A stretch of 64,000 bases of DNA from an uncultured virus (IMG/VR IMGVR_UViG_3300028030_000352). Lineage: Duplodnaviria > Heunggongvirae > Uroviricota > Caudoviricetes. Positions 29,726 through 41,203 of the stretch are shown piece after piece. The DNA is taken from the IMG/VR virus record IMGVR_UViG_3300028030_000352, one strand, 5' to 3'. Made by a program: the position numbers and the translations under genes. How positions within the stretch are numbered: the first letter of the stretch is position 1; each line of letters opens with the position of its first letter. The notes below the pieces were generated by a model, which searched no databases, was not told the DNA's origin, and saw nothing but the letters and a program-made list of their open reading frames with translations.

Positions 29726-30431
29726 TGACCTTTTTTACCTTTAACGACGATTCATATTTTTGTGTGTCATCCCACTTAATGAATCGTTTTGTGAATTCTT
29801 CGATTGTTGCTTTTCTTATTGACCAGCTTATCTGATCGATCAATGATAGTGGAAAAATTGACACGGTTTCAGCATAATGTGATTTTATGGATTCAAAGTT
29901 ATATTTATCACAAACGTAGTCTGTGATAGTATCAGTAATTGTTGTCAATATCCTATTATTAATTGATTGAGAGTGTGAATACATCCATTCACTTGTTTTG
30001 TTTATAATTTTTCCGCTGTCTGAAAAAATAATGTCGATGGCTACTCTACCATAGTAATCATATGTTATGATGTCATGTATGTCTATATTATCTTTGATCG
30101 TTTTTCTTAGTTTCAACATATCAGACATTTCAACTTTATAATCGTTGAAGTGTATTTTATCCGTTACGAGTAGTACAAAATCACTTGAGTTTATTAGGTT
30201 ATCAAAAACTTTATTGCTAATTTTTATATCTGATGTTGATAGACTATTACTGGGCAAGACTGTATTACTTAATAAACTTACCATCCTATTTTTTATTCCA
30301 TATATTGATATTTTATCAATGCTAATATCTAGTGGGAAGTCAATACTTGATACGCGACCATTAAACGCGTATTCAGCTCTTATTGTTGAGTTTTCTATGT
30401 TTATTACTGATAACTTAGTTATTGTAATCAT
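29718..30431 (-). CDS. Paralogue family C protein
   Basis: ITITKL, ISNKVFDNLINS; ends LKVKKVNE. Confidence 0.8.
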   Translation of the reverse strand: MITITKLSVINIENSTIRAEYAFNGRVSSIDFPLDISIDKISIYGIKNRMVSLLSNTVLPSNSLSTSDIKISNKVFDNLINSSDFVLLVTDKIHFNDYKVEMSDMLKLRKTIKDNIDIHDIITYDYYGRVAIDIIFSDSGKIINKTSEWMYSHSQSINNRILTTITDTITDYVCDKYNFESIKSHYAETVSIFPLSLIDQISWSIRKATIEEFTKRFIKWDDTQKYESSLKVKKVNE

Positions 30432-31219
30432 CTGTGAACTTTGTTTATTTTTAGTAAACCCCTATACTTTTCCCTTTGATCCTCGGGGAAAACAGTAGAT
30501 ACATATTCATCAATATTTGCGTATCTAATGTTGTTTTTTATATCGTCTAATACGTTATCCGGGACCACTGACATGACATGAAAAACCAATGATTGTCTTG
30601 AACTGAATCTAAGAAACCTACTGAACTGTTTGTCAACAACTCCAATTAATGGTAACGCTACTTGTGTGATTATTGACTTTAGTTGTTCAACGTCATCACT
30701 ATCCCCTGTCCAATCACTTCGCTGTGAATAACTCTTATCGTTGAACGTAAACTTTGTCTCTACGATCATTTTGTGAATCGTGTCTTTCATTGTCTCGTTA
30801 TTGTGATTTCCATATCCATATATGATAACTTCATCGACTGAAACGTCTTTCAATTCGTTTCTTACCCCAGTTATTATATTTAAGTCATTGAAATCAGTGG
30901 ATATACAGGAACGGTTTGATATATACTCCATCCACTCTTCGGAGTTTACTAATTCATCGTAAACTTTGTCTGGAATATTAATGTCAAATTTGTTGTCAAT
31001 GTTAACTTTGATTAGGTGTTCTATTTCATGTTTTTCCATCCATCCAATTAAAGTTAGTGGGACGTCATAAATAGGATCTACACTTCTATTAACAAATTCT
31101 ACTGTAACAGATATGATAAACTTATGATCAGTGATCTTTATGTGTTTCACTACTAATGATGACATGCTACTTGATTGTCCTATGTTAGTTTTGTGAGTGT
31201 ATAGCCCACGGTCGTTCAT
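30428..31219 (-). CDS. Paralogue family C protein
   Basis: IPDKVYDELVNSEEW, VVPDNVL. Confidence 0.8.
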   Translation of the reverse strand: MNDRGLYTHKTNIGQSSSMSSLVVKHIKITDHKFIISVTVEFVNRSVDPIYDVPLTLIGWMEKHEIEHLIKVNIDNKFDINIPDKVYDELVNSEEWMEYISNRSCISTDFNDLNIITGVRNELKDVSVDEVIIYGYGNHNNETMKDTIHKMIVETKFTFNDKSYSQRSDWTGDSDDVEQLKSIITQVALPLIGVVDKQFSRFLRFSSRQSLVFHVMSVVPDNVLDDIKNNIRYANIDEYVSTVFPEDQREKYRGLLKINKVHR

Positions 31220-31473
31220 CTAAACAGGTCCATTGGTTCTGCGATTCTACCGCTGTCACCAATTTCGTATTGATAATAATGATTATAATATGTTATCGAA
31301 TATTGAACGGCAACAATGTCTAGTACAATGAAAAACACTGTCGCGATCGCTCTTTTTGTTTTTGATTTGAACATTAGTATGAAGAATACTTCTGCTGCGA
31401 TTATTAGTATCGGTAGCAGAATAACATATATGATTCCCTTAGCGTCTGTTCCGCTACTTTCTTCTTCTGACAT
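31216..31473 (-). CDS. Small membrane protein (2 predicted TM helices)
   Basis: Two hydrophobic stretches separated by KSKTKR. Confidence 0.7.
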   Translation of the reverse strand: MSEEESSGTDAKGIIYVILLPILIIAAEVFFILMFKSKTKRAIATVFFIVLDIVAVQYSITYYNHYYQYEIGDSGRIAEPMDLFR

Positions 31474-31490
31474 TTTTATCTAGTTCTTTT

Positions 31491-32180
31491 TTATTCATGA
31501 ATTTTTTCAAGTTTGATTTTCCCTGCGATCCCGCTTTTATTGATGTTATCGCTTGCATATTTAAAAATACTATCTATTGAATCTGAGATTGTCAAACTTT
31601 GGACCTTATCATAAACATCTGTGATTATTCTATGGGGAACCATCGCTAACATGTACGTTTCCATCAATCTTTTGTCACAATCTTTTATAAAATACCCTAC
31701 TATGTCACTCATTAGCCCACTAAGTATCCAATAATATAACTTGTTATTAGGTTCTGCTAGAACCCCGTAATTTGATTTGACTGTTCTTTTTATTCCATTA
31801 AATTCATATGTGATGTACATTATGACGTCTGTATCCGGAGTATCGTACATCACTTTTTTTATCTTAACATTTTCATCTATTATATTGTGAACTCTTTCGA
31901 TGTCTAAAATATTAATGCTTGTGTTTTTCATGTTATTGTGATCTTTTATTTTAACCTCAATAAATTCACACACTTGTTTACTTTTAAGAAATTTTTTGAT
32001 GTCTTCTATACTTACTTCATCACATTCCGTTTGTTTTTTGATCTTATACTGAATGTCTAGTACCGACATGTTGTACACAGCGGTGTCAAATTTTACGATT
32101 TGCCTTCTTACACTATGGCTACCTTTACATGTGACTCTAATCCTATCACTTAGAAAAAGTTCTATCTTTACCAGTTTCAT
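31491..32180 (-). CDS. Hypothetical protein (divergent family C-like)
   Basis: YEFNG, MVPHRII; ends KIKLEKIHE. Confidence 0.75.
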   Translation of the reverse strand: MKLVKIELFLSDRIRVTCKGSHSVRRQIVKFDTAVYNMSVLDIQYKIKKQTECDEVSIEDIKKFLKSKQVCEFIEVKIKDHNNMKNTSINILDIERVHNIIDENVKIKKVMYDTPDTDVIMYITYEFNGIKRTVKSNYGVLAEPNNKLYYWILSGLMSDIVGYFIKDCDKRLMETYMLAMVPHRIITDVYDKVQSLTISDSIDSIFKYASDNINKSGIAGKIKLEKIHE

Positions 32181-32638
32181 TTTGTTACTTTGATCGTCTT
32201 AGCCATCCTTTTGACAACTCCTGCCAAGTCATTTGTCATGGTTTTTCCAACAAACTTCCAATTATTTTTCACTTTAATGTGTGACTCAATGAGCTTTCTG
32301 ATTTTAGGTTGAATTACGCCAGACCTTAGGACTTGTTTGAACGTTTGTGGGTCTTTAACCTCCCACGTTTCAACCTTCTTAAAGTTTTCCTTGATCACAT
32401 CGCTGTCTAGTTTTTCAACCTTTTTACCATTTACTGTGAATTGGTTTTTTCTTGTGACATGGACTTGATGCCCATCGTGCTCTAGAACGATCGTCATTGT
32501 GTCATCTGAAAATTTACTTTCGTATTTTTCATCGATCGCTTTTCTAGCTTCTTCAAGCTTTTTCTTTAGCGTATCGATTTCGTTTAGTGTGTTGGCGAAT
32601 GTGCTGGCGAGTTCATCTTTGAATACTGGTTTTGTCAT
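32177..32638 (-). CDS. Hypothetical protein with N-terminal coiled coil
   Basis: ATGA-coupled ORF. Confidence 0.75.
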   Translation of the reverse strand: MTKPVFKDELASTFANTLNEIDTLKKKLEEARKAIDEKYESKFSDDTMTIVLEHDGHQVHVTRKNQFTVNGKKVEKLDSDVIKENFKKVETWEVKDPQTFKQVLRSGVIQPKIRKLIESHIKVKNNWKFVGKTMTNDLAGVVKRMAKTIKVTK

Positions 32639-33153
32639 CTTGTTACTTCCCTTATCATTTCGTCGTACTTATATTCTATGGATTTTAGAATATAAGTTTG
32701 CAACATTTTCTTGATTGTTTGTTCGTTGTTAATGAGATATGACACTGCGTTATTTATCAACGTCATATTACATTTATGATATTCTAAGATATCTTTTACT
32801 CCAAATTTAACCGTGCCACGATTGACACATGTTATTTCGAGTTTATCATAGAGATACAGGAATATTGGATTAACTTGTATATTATTAACCCTCTTAATAT
32901 CTTTCATGTAACTATAGTATATTAACATCATTATACTATTGAAAAGTTGTTTATGATCCGCTATATTTTCATATATTAGAGATAACGACACATCAAATGT
33001 TAACTGTCCGTCATTTATACTAAATTTCGCTGCATACCAGTCATTACGCTCAATGTCAAATTTCCCATCAAGTTCTATGAACTGTATGAAATCTGTTATG
33101 ATTTCATCATTCATCATCATCTCAAGAACTTTTTTCTTTTTTTCACCCTTCAT
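32635..33153 (-). CDS. Paralogue family B protein
   Basis: MKGE..K....MMNDEII. Confidence 0.82.
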   Translation of the reverse strand: MKGEKKKKVLEMMMNDEIITDFIQFIELDGKFDIERNDWYAAKFSINDGQLTFDVSLSLIYENIADHKQLFNSIMMLIYYSYMKDIKRVNNIQVNPIFLYLYDKLEITCVNRGTVKFGVKDILEYHKCNMTLINNAVSYLINNEQTIKKMLQTYILKSIEYKYDEMIREVTR

Positions 33154-33698
33154 TGGCTTATTATTATCATCTTCATGTATTTTTCAATCAGTGGCTCCAT
33201 ATCATCGATTAATTTTAGTGTTCTTTTGTCATTATCTGTATACCTTTTTCTTATTCTATCTGTAGCATCTCTTACCATCACTTCACGGTTTATTGTTTTT
33301 TTATTTATAACGTCATCAATTTTATCAGATAATGCATCAAGGATTATTTTGTTTATTGTTTTGTGAAGCCTACTTATGTTAACTGTGCTAAACTTTAAAT
33401 TACCTAAAACACCGGTATCATATATTATCTTTTTTATATTGAAAGCTTCATGGTTATATAGTTGTAATATGTTTGCATTTATTCTTTTTTTAACATTAGC
33501 ACGATCTGCGTCTATGATCGTTATATGGACCATATTGTTTTCATAGTACATTTCGTATCTAGTTGAGTGATTATATATTTTACTATGAAGTATTGTAGTA
33601 TTCTTCTCTATCCTATTAAGAATATCTGCGATCCCGTTTTTATCAAAATCCGACTTCAATACCCTTTTATACACTAGGGTGTTGTATAGATGTGTCAT
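33150..33698 (-). CDS. Paralogue family A protein
   Basis: NTLVYKRVLKSD; GVLGNLK. Confidence 0.82.
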   Translation of the reverse strand: MTHLYNTLVYKRVLKSDFDKNGIADILNRIEKNTTILHSKIYNHSTRYEMYYENNMVHITIIDADRANVKKRINANILQLYNHEAFNIKKIIYDTGVLGNLKFSTVNISRLHKTINKIILDALSDKIDDVINKKTINREVMVRDATDRIRKRYTDNDKRTLKLIDDMEPLIEKYMKMIIISQ

Positions 33699-34219
33699 TT
33701 TGTTATTTTACGGATCATGTTGTTATACTTATTTTCTACTTCATTGATTATATAACTTTCCATGAGCTTTTTAACCTTATCACTAGATGCTATGATGTTT
33801 TTTACCATTTTGTTTACCGCGGAGCTTTCGCATTTATGATACTTAATGGCGTCATACACTGTAAACTTAACCGATTGTTTGTTAACGTTTTTTATCTCAA
33901 GTTTATCATAGACAATATCAGACATCGTTGTTCTGATTATTCCGTAGTAATTATCTAACATATACTTATATAGTAAGGATCTTAAGACATAATCGAAGAT
34001 TTCCTTTTGATTATCTAGGTCTTCATAAATTGATATGATTGACATAGATAGCACAATATCTTCACCGTTAATATTCGTTTTTATGTTAGCGTTAGCATAA
34101 CTATTTACGTATGTTATCTGCAGTCCATCGCATTCACCGTCAATTAATTTTATGAAACCTGTTACGATTTCACTATTCATCATTTTATCAAACGTTTTTC
34201 TTTTTATGTCGCCTTTCAT
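33695..34219 (-). CDS. Paralogue family B protein
   Basis: MKGDIKRK...MMNSEIV. Confidence 0.82.
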   Translation of the reverse strand: MKGDIKRKTFDKMMNSEIVTGFIKLIDGECDGLQITYVNSYANANIKTNINGEDIVLSMSIISIYEDLDNQKEIFDYVLRSLLYKYMLDNYYGIIRTTMSDIVYDKLEIKNVNKQSVKFTVYDAIKYHKCESSAVNKMVKNIIASSDKVKKLMESYIINEVENKYNNMIRKITK

Positions 34220-34761
34220 TTTGAAACTATTACCATTTTCATATAACTTGTTATGGATCCTTCCATTTCATCAATTAACTCAAGAATTTTGCTATCTCCG
34301 GAAAACGTTTTTCTTACGCCATCTATTGACTCTCTGATAATAATGCTGTTATCCACTTCATCAATTTGTTCGATCGCTTGTTCTATCTTATCCTCAGCTG
34401 CTTGGATAAACAGTTGATTTATTGTTTTTTCGACTCTATATCGGTTTTCTTCTGAGTCTTTTAGATTGCCTAAGACTCCGTTCTTTTTTATTTTTTCTTT
34501 GATGGAAAAAATGTCATACCAATACATTTCTAAGATTAGTTTTTTTAATTCATTTGTTACGTTATTACCATATATTGATATCGTTGAATGTATCATAGTG
34601 TTATTATGATGAACTTCATACCTAACCATAGACGAGTACACTTTGCTATGAAGTATTATCATATTATTTTTTATACCGTCTAGTATTTTTGTTATTTCAT
34701 TTTTATATAGGTCTGATTTCAGTATTCTTTTATACACCAGAGTATTATGTAATCTTGTCAT
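34216..34761 (-). CDS. Paralogue family A protein
   Basis: [19 protein letters not shown]. Confidence 0.82.
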   Translation of the reverse strand: MTRLHNTLVYKRILKSDLYKNEITKILDGIKNNMIILHSKVYSSMVRYEVHHNNTMIHSTISIYGNNVTNELKKLILEMYWYDIFSIKEKIKKNGVLGNLKDSEENRYRVEKTINQLFIQAAEDKIEQAIEQIDEVDNSIIIRESIDGVRKTFSGDSKILELIDEMEGSITSYMKMVIVSK

Positions 34762-35546
34762 TGTGTTATTCTTGTCATTTTTAGATAATAATCTATTTCT
34801 TCAGGATTGATATCCTTTACTTTTTTATACATACCTTTCCCAAGCATTTTTCTTATGTTCTTTTTTACATCACCATTTAATCTCTTTGCTAGTTTATAAA
34901 CATGCATTACTTTAGAGTTTTTAAATATATGATGTATTGTCATTTCTGGATTCAAATTCCAATTTGATAAGTCTTTACTGAATGACAATGCTTTTTCAAA
35001 CATTCCGTACATATTAGTAACGTTAGACACATCCCATCCGCTTATGTCTTGATCGAATGTTATTGCATTATAAAACATGTACTTCATGCTTATTACTTTG
35101 CTCACGTCCCATGATGAAATGTCTTGATTGAAATCTTCTGCTCCATCAAACATGCCTTCCATATTTGTTACACTCGACACGTCCCAGCTACCAATGTCTT
35201 GATTGAATGACCAATTTCCGGCAAACATGTCCTCCATATTTGTTACACTTGACACGTCCCAGCTACCGATGTCTTGATTGAATGTTCTTGCTTCATAAAA
35301 CATGCCTTCCATATTTGTTACACTCGATACATCCCAGCTACCAATGTCTTGATTGAATGATTTCGCCTCGTTGAACATGCTTTCCATGTTTGTTACATTA
35401 GACGTATTCCATCTAGAGATGTCCTGATTGAATGTTTCATGCCCGCAGAACAGGTATGACATGTCGGTGATGCCGCTCGTGTCAACAAAACGAACGTCAT
35501 CATCGTCCTCAATCATTTTTTCTAATTGTCTTCTTGTTACTTTCAT
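34758..35546 (-). CDS. DUF285/BspA-type repeat protein
   Basis: DUF285 repeats; ends YLKMTRITQ. Confidence 0.93.
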   Translation of the reverse strand: MKVTRRQLEKMIEDDDDVRFVDTSGITDMSYLFCGHETFNQDISRWNTSNVTNMESMFNEAKSFNQDIGSWDVSSVTNMEGMFYEARTFNQDIGSWDVSSVTNMEDMFAGNWSFNQDIGSWDVSSVTNMEGMFDGAEDFNQDISSWDVSKVISMKYMFYNAITFDQDISGWDVSNVTNMYGMFEKALSFSKDLSNWNLNPEMTIHHIFKNSKVMHVYKLAKRLNGDVKKNIRKMLGKGMYKKVKDINPEEIDYYLKMTRITQ

Positions 35547-35583
35547 TGTGTTATTCTTGTTACTTTTATTGTGTTATTCTTGT
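35531..35583. repeat. 23-bp tandem duplication spanning a gene junction
   Basis: ttcttgttacttt[c/t]attgtgtta x2 plus ttcttgt. Confidence 0.85.
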
Positions 35584-36426
35584 CATTTTTAGATATGTTT
35601 CGATATTATCTAATTTTACATCATAATTTGTATATATTCCAAATATTTCTATTAAATTATTGTTTAGTTGTTTTGACATGTAATTCTTCAAAAAACTATA
35701 TACATGTGTAAATGATTCTGCTCCCACGAACATGCTATCCACTTCAACATTACGGTTAATGTTCCAAGATCCTATATCCTGATTGAAAGATTCAGCGTGA
35801 TAAAACATATATTTCATATCCTCAACGTTAGAAGTATCCCAACATCCAATATCTTGATTGAACACTTTTGCTTCGCTAAACATACAACTCATGTTAATAA
35901 CGTTCGATACATTCCAATGTGAGATATCTTGGTTAAAACTGATCGCGTGATCAAACATGTAACTCATATTAGTTACGTTTGACGTATCCCACCCTGAAAT
36001 GTCTTGATTGAACGAATTAGTATTACTGAGCATACTTTCCATACTGGTTACGTTAGAAGTATCCCATGATCCGATATTTCCATTGAACGCTTTTGCCTTA
36101 TCAAACATATAACTCATGTTTGTGACGTTCGATACATTCCAATGTGAGATATCTTGATTGAACAATTCAGCTCCCCGAAACATCCCTTTCATATTTTTTA
36201 CTTTTGATACATCCCAATTGCCGATGGGCTGATTGAATACTTTTGCCCCCCAAAACATATACTCCATATTAGTTACGTTTGACGTATCCCAGCCTGAGAT
36301 GTCTTGATTGAACTCTTTATTATATTTGAAAAGTCCACTCATGTCGGTGATGCCGCTCGTGTCAACAAAACGAACGTCATCACCGTTCGCAATCATTTTT
36401 TCTAGTTGTCTTTTTGTTACTTTCAT
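35566..36426 (-). CDS. DUF285/BspA-type repeat protein
   Basis: DUF285 repeats; ends YLKMTRITQ. Confidence 0.93.
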   Translation of the reverse strand: MKVTKRQLEKMIANGDDVRFVDTSGITDMSGLFKYNKEFNQDISGWDTSNVTNMEYMFWGAKVFNQPIGNWDVSKVKNMKGMFRGAELFNQDISHWNVSNVTNMSYMFDKAKAFNGNIGSWDTSNVTSMESMLSNTNSFNQDISGWDTSNVTNMSYMFDHAISFNQDISHWNVSNVINMSCMFSEAKVFNQDIGCWDTSNVEDMKYMFYHAESFNQDIGSWNINRNVEVDSMFVGAESFTHVYSFLKNYMSKQLNNNLIEIFGIYTNYDVKLDNIETYLKMTRITQ

Positions 36427-37061
36427 CGTGTTATGTTTATTATTTTTATATAATCATCTAGATTATCAAAATTTATCTCATTTACAACATCAACCCCAAA
36501 AATTCGACTTACATGATCTTTTAACATACTTCTTGATATATAGTTTTTCATAAAATTAGACGCATACGTAAATGCAGTTGCCCTTGTAAACATTTCATCT
36601 AGATCTTTTGTTGTAGACACATCCCACGAAGAGATGTCCTGATTGAATGATGCTGCGTTATAAAACATATAACTCATGTCGTTTATATTTGAAACGTTCC
36701 ATCTAGAGATATCTTGATTGAACAAAATAGCATTATAAAACATATAACTCGTACTTTTTACGTTTGAAACGTCCCATTCGCTCAAGTCTCCATTAAATGC
36801 TGTTGCATTATAAAACATGCAGCACATTTCAGTTACGTTTCTTACGTCCCACCATTCTATGTCTTGATTGAATGCACTAGCTCCATCAAACATCCCAAAC
36901 ATGCTAGTCACGCTAGAAGTATCCCACCTGCTTATATCTTGATTGAACTCTTTATTATCCTTGAAAAGTTCACTCATGTCGGTGATGCCGCTCGTATCTA
37001 TTTCAGTAACGTCTTCACCGTTTTCTATCATTTTATCGAGTTGTTTTCTTGTTACTCTCAT
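36423..37061 (-). CDS. DUF285/BspA-type repeat protein
   Basis: DUF285 repeats. Confidence 0.93.
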   Translation of the reverse strand: MRVTRKQLDKMIENGEDVTEIDTSGITDMSELFKDNKEFNQDISRWDTSSVTSMFGMFDGASAFNQDIEWWDVRNVTEMCCMFYNATAFNGDLSEWDVSNVKSTSYMFYNAILFNQDISRWNVSNINDMSYMFYNAASFNQDISSWDVSTTKDLDEMFTRATAFTYASNFMKNYISRSMLKDHVSRIFGVDVVNEINFDNLDDYIKIINITR

Positions 37062-37696
37062 TTTATTATCTTATGCATTTTTAAATAGTTGTTTAGTGTA
37101 TCCAATCTTACTGTATGAGGGACCCCAATGCCAAATATATTGTTTATAATGTCATACACTAGCGTTTTATGAAAATAATTTTTAATAAATTCCGATGCAT
37201 ACATGAATGACGTGGCTCCATCAAACATAGATTCAACATCAACATCTTTTGATAAATTCCATCTTGAAATGTCTTGATTGAACTCAATTGCTCTATAAAA
37301 CATAAGTTTCATGTCAGTAACGTTCCCTACATCCCATGACCTAATATCCTGATTGAATGCAATAGCATCACTAAACATACTACTCATGTCGGTAACGTTC
37401 CCTACATCCCATGACCTAATGTCTTGATTGAACGTTTTTGCATCATAAAACATTTGATACATAATAGTAACATTACTAACGTCCCAACCTCCAATATCTT
37501 GATTGAACGCGTGTGCTCTATAAAACATATTATGCATATCAGTCACGTTAGAAGTATCCCAGCGTGAAATGTCTTGATTGAATGTTTTATGACGAAAAAA
37601 TAGACTACTCATGTCGGTGATTTCGCTCGTGTCCACAAAACGAACATCCTCACCGTTCGCGATCATTTTATTGAGTTGTTTTCTTGTTACTCTCAT
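37058..37696 (-). CDS. DUF285/BspA-type repeat protein
   Basis: DUF285 repeats. Confidence 0.93.
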   Translation of the reverse strand: MRVTRKQLNKMIANGEDVRFVDTSEITDMSSLFFRHKTFNQDISRWDTSNVTDMHNMFYRAHAFNQDIGGWDVSNVTIMYQMFYDAKTFNQDIRSWDVGNVTDMSSMFSDAIAFNQDIRSWDVGNVTDMKLMFYRAIEFNQDISRWNLSKDVDVESMFDGATSFMYASEFIKNYFHKTLVYDIINNIFGIGVPHTVRLDTLNNYLKMHKIIK

Positions 37697-38415
37697 TTTA
37701 TTATATTAGTCATTTTATGGTATCGCAAAATTCTGTCAGTAAACTTTTCAAGTTTGTATGTCTTCAATTCTTGTTTTAAGTTGCGCTCAACGTTTTTGCT
37801 ACTAATTGCGTTTTCAATGTCGGCTATCACTCTATTAGGTAGATATCTTTCATACCAATCATAAATGTTATTTCCTGCATAATGTTTTTCAATGAATTTT
37901 TTTGAAATACTTTGGACAATTCTATTATCATATCTGTATATAACTCTCAGTTTTTCTTTTTTACCCTTGAATGTATAATTGATATCTATTATCTTGTTTC
38001 CATTTTGTTTATGCATAACAAAACACTCATCGATGATCAGGTGTTTGCTAGCATCTAAGTTTTCATGCTCACCAATTTCTTGTCTTATCAGTTTATCAAA
38101 TTCATGATCAATACCAACAGAAAACTTGTTTCTTTTTGACGTTATATATTTTAGTGATTCATAGAGATGTTTGATGAAATTTGTACTATTTCTCATTTCA
38201 TCATATACTTCATTTTTTAGTATAATATTGCAATCTTTACGTATATTTCTTTTAACTCCATATACGATCGATTTTTTTGTTAGATTTTTTACTTGTTCAA
38301 CTATTCTAAAACTAATTGAGTCAGAACCATCGTTATCAGTATAGTAAGCTTTAATATCAATGGTTAGTCTTTGTCGGTCTATGATAAGCAGTTTTGTTAT
38401 CGTTAGTTCATTCAT
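37693..38415 (-). CDS. Paralogue family C protein
   Basis: Close paralogue of 39193..39921 (EIGEHE.LDA.KHLII.ECFVMHK). Confidence 0.85.
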   Translation of the reverse strand: MNELTITKLLIIDRQRLTIDIKAYYTDNDGSDSISFRIVEQVKNLTKKSIVYGVKRNIRKDCNIILKNEVYDEMRNSTNFIKHLYESLKYITSKRNKFSVGIDHEFDKLIRQEIGEHENLDASKHLIIDECFVMHKQNGNKIIDINYTFKGKKEKLRVIYRYDNRIVQSISKKFIEKHYAGNNIYDWYERYLPNRVIADIENAISSKNVERNLKQELKTYKLEKFTDRILRYHKMTNIIK

Positions 38416-39196
38416 TTATCTTCAACATTTTTAGATAACTATCAATATTTTTTAGATCGATGTCTTTTACTTCTTCATACATCTCATTTCCTAGTAACTT
38501 TTTTATACTTTTTTTTGGGTCTCCATTTATCTTCTTTACTAATTCAGAAATGTGACACATTCCCGAATTCTCAAACATACCAATGACATCTTTAATCTTA
38601 TTTATATTCCATCGTTTTAGACTTTGATTGAACATTTTAGCGCCGTAAAACATGTAACTTACCCACATAACGTTCGACACGTCCCAGTTTGAAATGTCTT
38701 GACTGAACGCGATAGCATCATAAAACATAAAACCCATGTCGATAACGTTTGACGTATTCCAGTTTGAAATGTCTTGATTGAACGCACTAGTACCATGTAA
38801 CATGGACTCCATGCTAGTGACTTTCGATACGTCCCAATTTCCTATGTTTTGATTGAACATTTTAGCGTCATGAAACATGGATCTCATGTTAATCACGTTT
38901 GACGTATTCCAACCAGAAATGTCTTGATTGAAAGCGCTAGCACCGTGTAGCATAAACTCCATGTTGGTCACGTTTGACGTATCCCAACCAGAAATATCTT
39001 GATTGAATGATCTAGCACGATAAAACATGAACTCCATGTCTGTTACATTTGAGGTGTCCCATCGGCTTATGTCTTGATTGAATGTCGTATTTTCATAAAA
39101 TAAATATGACATATAGGTAATTTGTGAAGTGTCAACAAACCGAACGTCTTCACCATTTTTTATCATTTTTTCTAATTGATCACGCGTTACCTTCAT
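38408..39196 (-). CDS. DUF285/BspA-type repeat protein
   Basis: DUF285 repeats; ends YLKMLKINE. Confidence 0.93.
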   Translation of the reverse strand: MKVTRDQLEKMIKNGEDVRFVDTSQITYMSYLFYENTTFNQDISRWDTSNVTDMEFMFYRARSFNQDISGWDTSNVTNMEFMLHGASAFNQDISGWNTSNVINMRSMFHDAKMFNQNIGNWDVSKVTSMESMLHGTSAFNQDISNWNTSNVIDMGFMFYDAIAFSQDISNWDVSNVMWVSYMFYGAKMFNQSLKRWNINKIKDVIGMFENSGMCHISELVKKINGDPKKSIKKLLGNEMYEEVKDIDLKNIDSYLKMLKINE

Positions 39197-39921
39197 CCTG
39201 TTATTTTAGCGATCCTGTAATATTTGATTAGTTTATCAGCGACACTACTGAGTCTATTCGTTTTTAGTGTTTTTCTTAGATCATGCTCAACGTTTTTGTC
39301 GCTGATTGAGTTTTCAATATCTCTAAAAACTCTAATCGGAATATGGACATTGTACCAATCATACGGGTGATGCCTATTATAATATTTTTCAATGAATTTT
39401 TCCGAAAAACTATATAGCATGCTTCTATAATATTTATATGATACCTTTATACTGTCTTTTTTACCTCTAAACGTAAAGTTAACCTCAATGATCTTCATAC
39501 CATCTCGTTTATGCATAACAAAGCATTCATTTATAATTAGGTGTTTATTAGCGTCTAGATCTTCGTGTTCACCGATTTCTTTTCTTACTAGTTCGTCCAG
39601 TTTATAATCAATGCCTATTTTGAATTCATTCTCATTAGACGTAATGTAGTCAAGACAACTGTATAGCTGAGCAATATAGTTCGGATCATCCATCATATCG
39701 CTATAAACTTTATTGCTTATTGTAACAATTGAACCATATAAAGAATGCTTCATGATTATTGCATTTTTAATATCATTTCTTGTTAATTTAATTAGCTGTG
39801 TGTTAATTAGTAAATTGTCAGACTTTTTAACATCATTAGCATCAGTATACTCAACTTCAACGCTTAGTTGATTTATATGTTGTTTTATGACTCTTATCTT
39901 TGTTATTGTTAATTTACCCAT
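39193..39921 (-). CDS. Paralogue family C protein
   Basis: Close paralogue of 37693..38415. Confidence 0.85.
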   Translation of the reverse strand: MGKLTITKIRVIKQHINQLSVEVEYTDANDVKKSDNLLINTQLIKLTRNDIKNAIIMKHSLYGSIVTISNKVYSDMMDDPNYIAQLYSCLDYITSNENEFKIGIDYKLDELVRKEIGEHEDLDANKHLIINECFVMHKRDGMKIIEVNFTFRGKKDSIKVSYKYYRSMLYSFSEKFIEKYYNRHHPYDWYNVHIPIRVFRDIENSISDKNVEHDLRKTLKTNRLSSVADKLIKYYRIAKITG

Positions 39922-39947
39922 ATGCGTTTTCCGTCGTATTTTTAATT

Positions 39948-39995
39948 AGTCAACAGATAATGGTGGTCTGATATGACCACCATTATCTGTTGACT
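39948..39995. terminator. Perfect 21-bp hairpin (terminator or operator candidate)
   Basis: agtcaacagataatggtggtc-tgatat-gaccaccattatctgttgact in an intergenic gap. Confidence 0.6.
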
Positions 39996-40074
39996 TTCTT
40001 ACCCTACTTATTTATAATCAATTATACTATTTATTGTTAGTCATGAACTCTATACTATCATTTAGCTACATTTT

Positions 40075-41196
40075 TCAGTATGTTATATTAAAACGTGAAA
40101 TGTCATGGTTAAACGCTTTCGCACCATAAAACATTTTTCTCATGTTTTTTACGTTTGATACGTCCCAATATGAAATGTCTTGGTTAAACAGTCTTGCCCT
40201 ATTAAACATATGACTCATGTCAGTGACGTTGGAGACGTTCCAATGTGAAATGTCCTGATTAAACGATCTTGCTTTCTCAAACATCCAGCTCATATCAGTA
40301 ACGCTAGACGTATCCCAATCACCAATAGGTTGATTGAATGACTCAGCATCCCAAAACATTTCTCTCATACTGATGACATTACTAACGTCCCAATCACCAA
40401 TAGGCTGATTGAACGACCTTGCAACGCAAAACATTCTTTCCATGTTGATGACATTACTGACGTCCCAATTACCGATAGATTGATTGAACGATTCCGCCAT
40501 CCAAAACATGTAACCCATACCAATAACGTTACTGACGTCCCAATTACCGATAGATTGATTGAACGTGCTAGCTGTACCAAACATGGTAGTCATGTTTTTT
40601 ACTTTTGAAACGTCCCAATCACCAATAGGCTGATTGAACGCGCTTGCTCCCTTAAACATGTGACTCATGTTTTTTACTTTTGAAACGTCCCAATTTCCAA
40701 TTGGTTGATTGAACGCGCTTGCTCCATCAAACATATGGTACATGTTTTTTACTTTTGAAACGTCCCAATTTCCAATTGGTTGATTGAACGCGCTTGCCCC
40801 CTTAAACATTCCTCCTGTGTTGGTGACGTTTGACACGTCCCAACGTGAGATGTCTTGGTTAAAGACTCTTGCTCCATTAAACATGCTCCTCATGTTGGTG
40901 ACGTTTGACACGTCCCACCTAGAAATGTCTTGATTGAACAGTCTTGCCCCTTTAAACATGCTCCTCATGTTGGTGACGTTTGACACGTCCCACCTAGAAA
41001 TGTCTTGGTTAAACAGTCTTGCCCCTTTAAACATGCTCCTCATGTTGGTGACGTTTGACACGTCCCAACGTGAGATGTCTTGGTTAAATACCCGATTGTT
41101 CTTAAATAATCCACTCATATCTGTGATTTGAGACGTATCCACGAAACGAACGTCTTCACCATTAGCGATCATTTTTTCTAGTTGTTGTCGTGTCAT
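40075..41196 (-). CDS. DUF285/BspA-type repeat protein without C-terminal tail
   Basis: About 14 repeats, several near-identical at DNA level. Confidence 0.93.
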   Translation of the reverse strand: MTRQQLEKMIANGEDVRFVDTSQITDMSGLFKNNRVFNQDISRWDVSNVTNMRSMFKGARLFNQDISRWDVSNVTNMRSMFKGARLFNQDISRWDVSNVTNMRSMFNGARVFNQDISRWDVSNVTNTGGMFKGASAFNQPIGNWDVSKVKNMYHMFDGASAFNQPIGNWDVSKVKNMSHMFKGASAFNQPIGDWDVSKVKNMTTMFGTASTFNQSIGNWDVSNVIGMGYMFWMAESFNQSIGNWDVSNVINMERMFCVARSFNQPIGDWDVSNVISMREMFWDAESFNQPIGDWDTSSVTDMSWMFEKARSFNQDISHWNVSNVTDMSHMFNRARLFNQDISYWDVSNVKNMRKMFYGAKAFNHDISRFNITY

Positions 41197-41203
41197 TATT
41201 ATA

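Noticed and set aside
32177..32638. Gam/Gp157-like nuclease inhibitor assignment
   Set aside because: Only generic coiled-coil similarity
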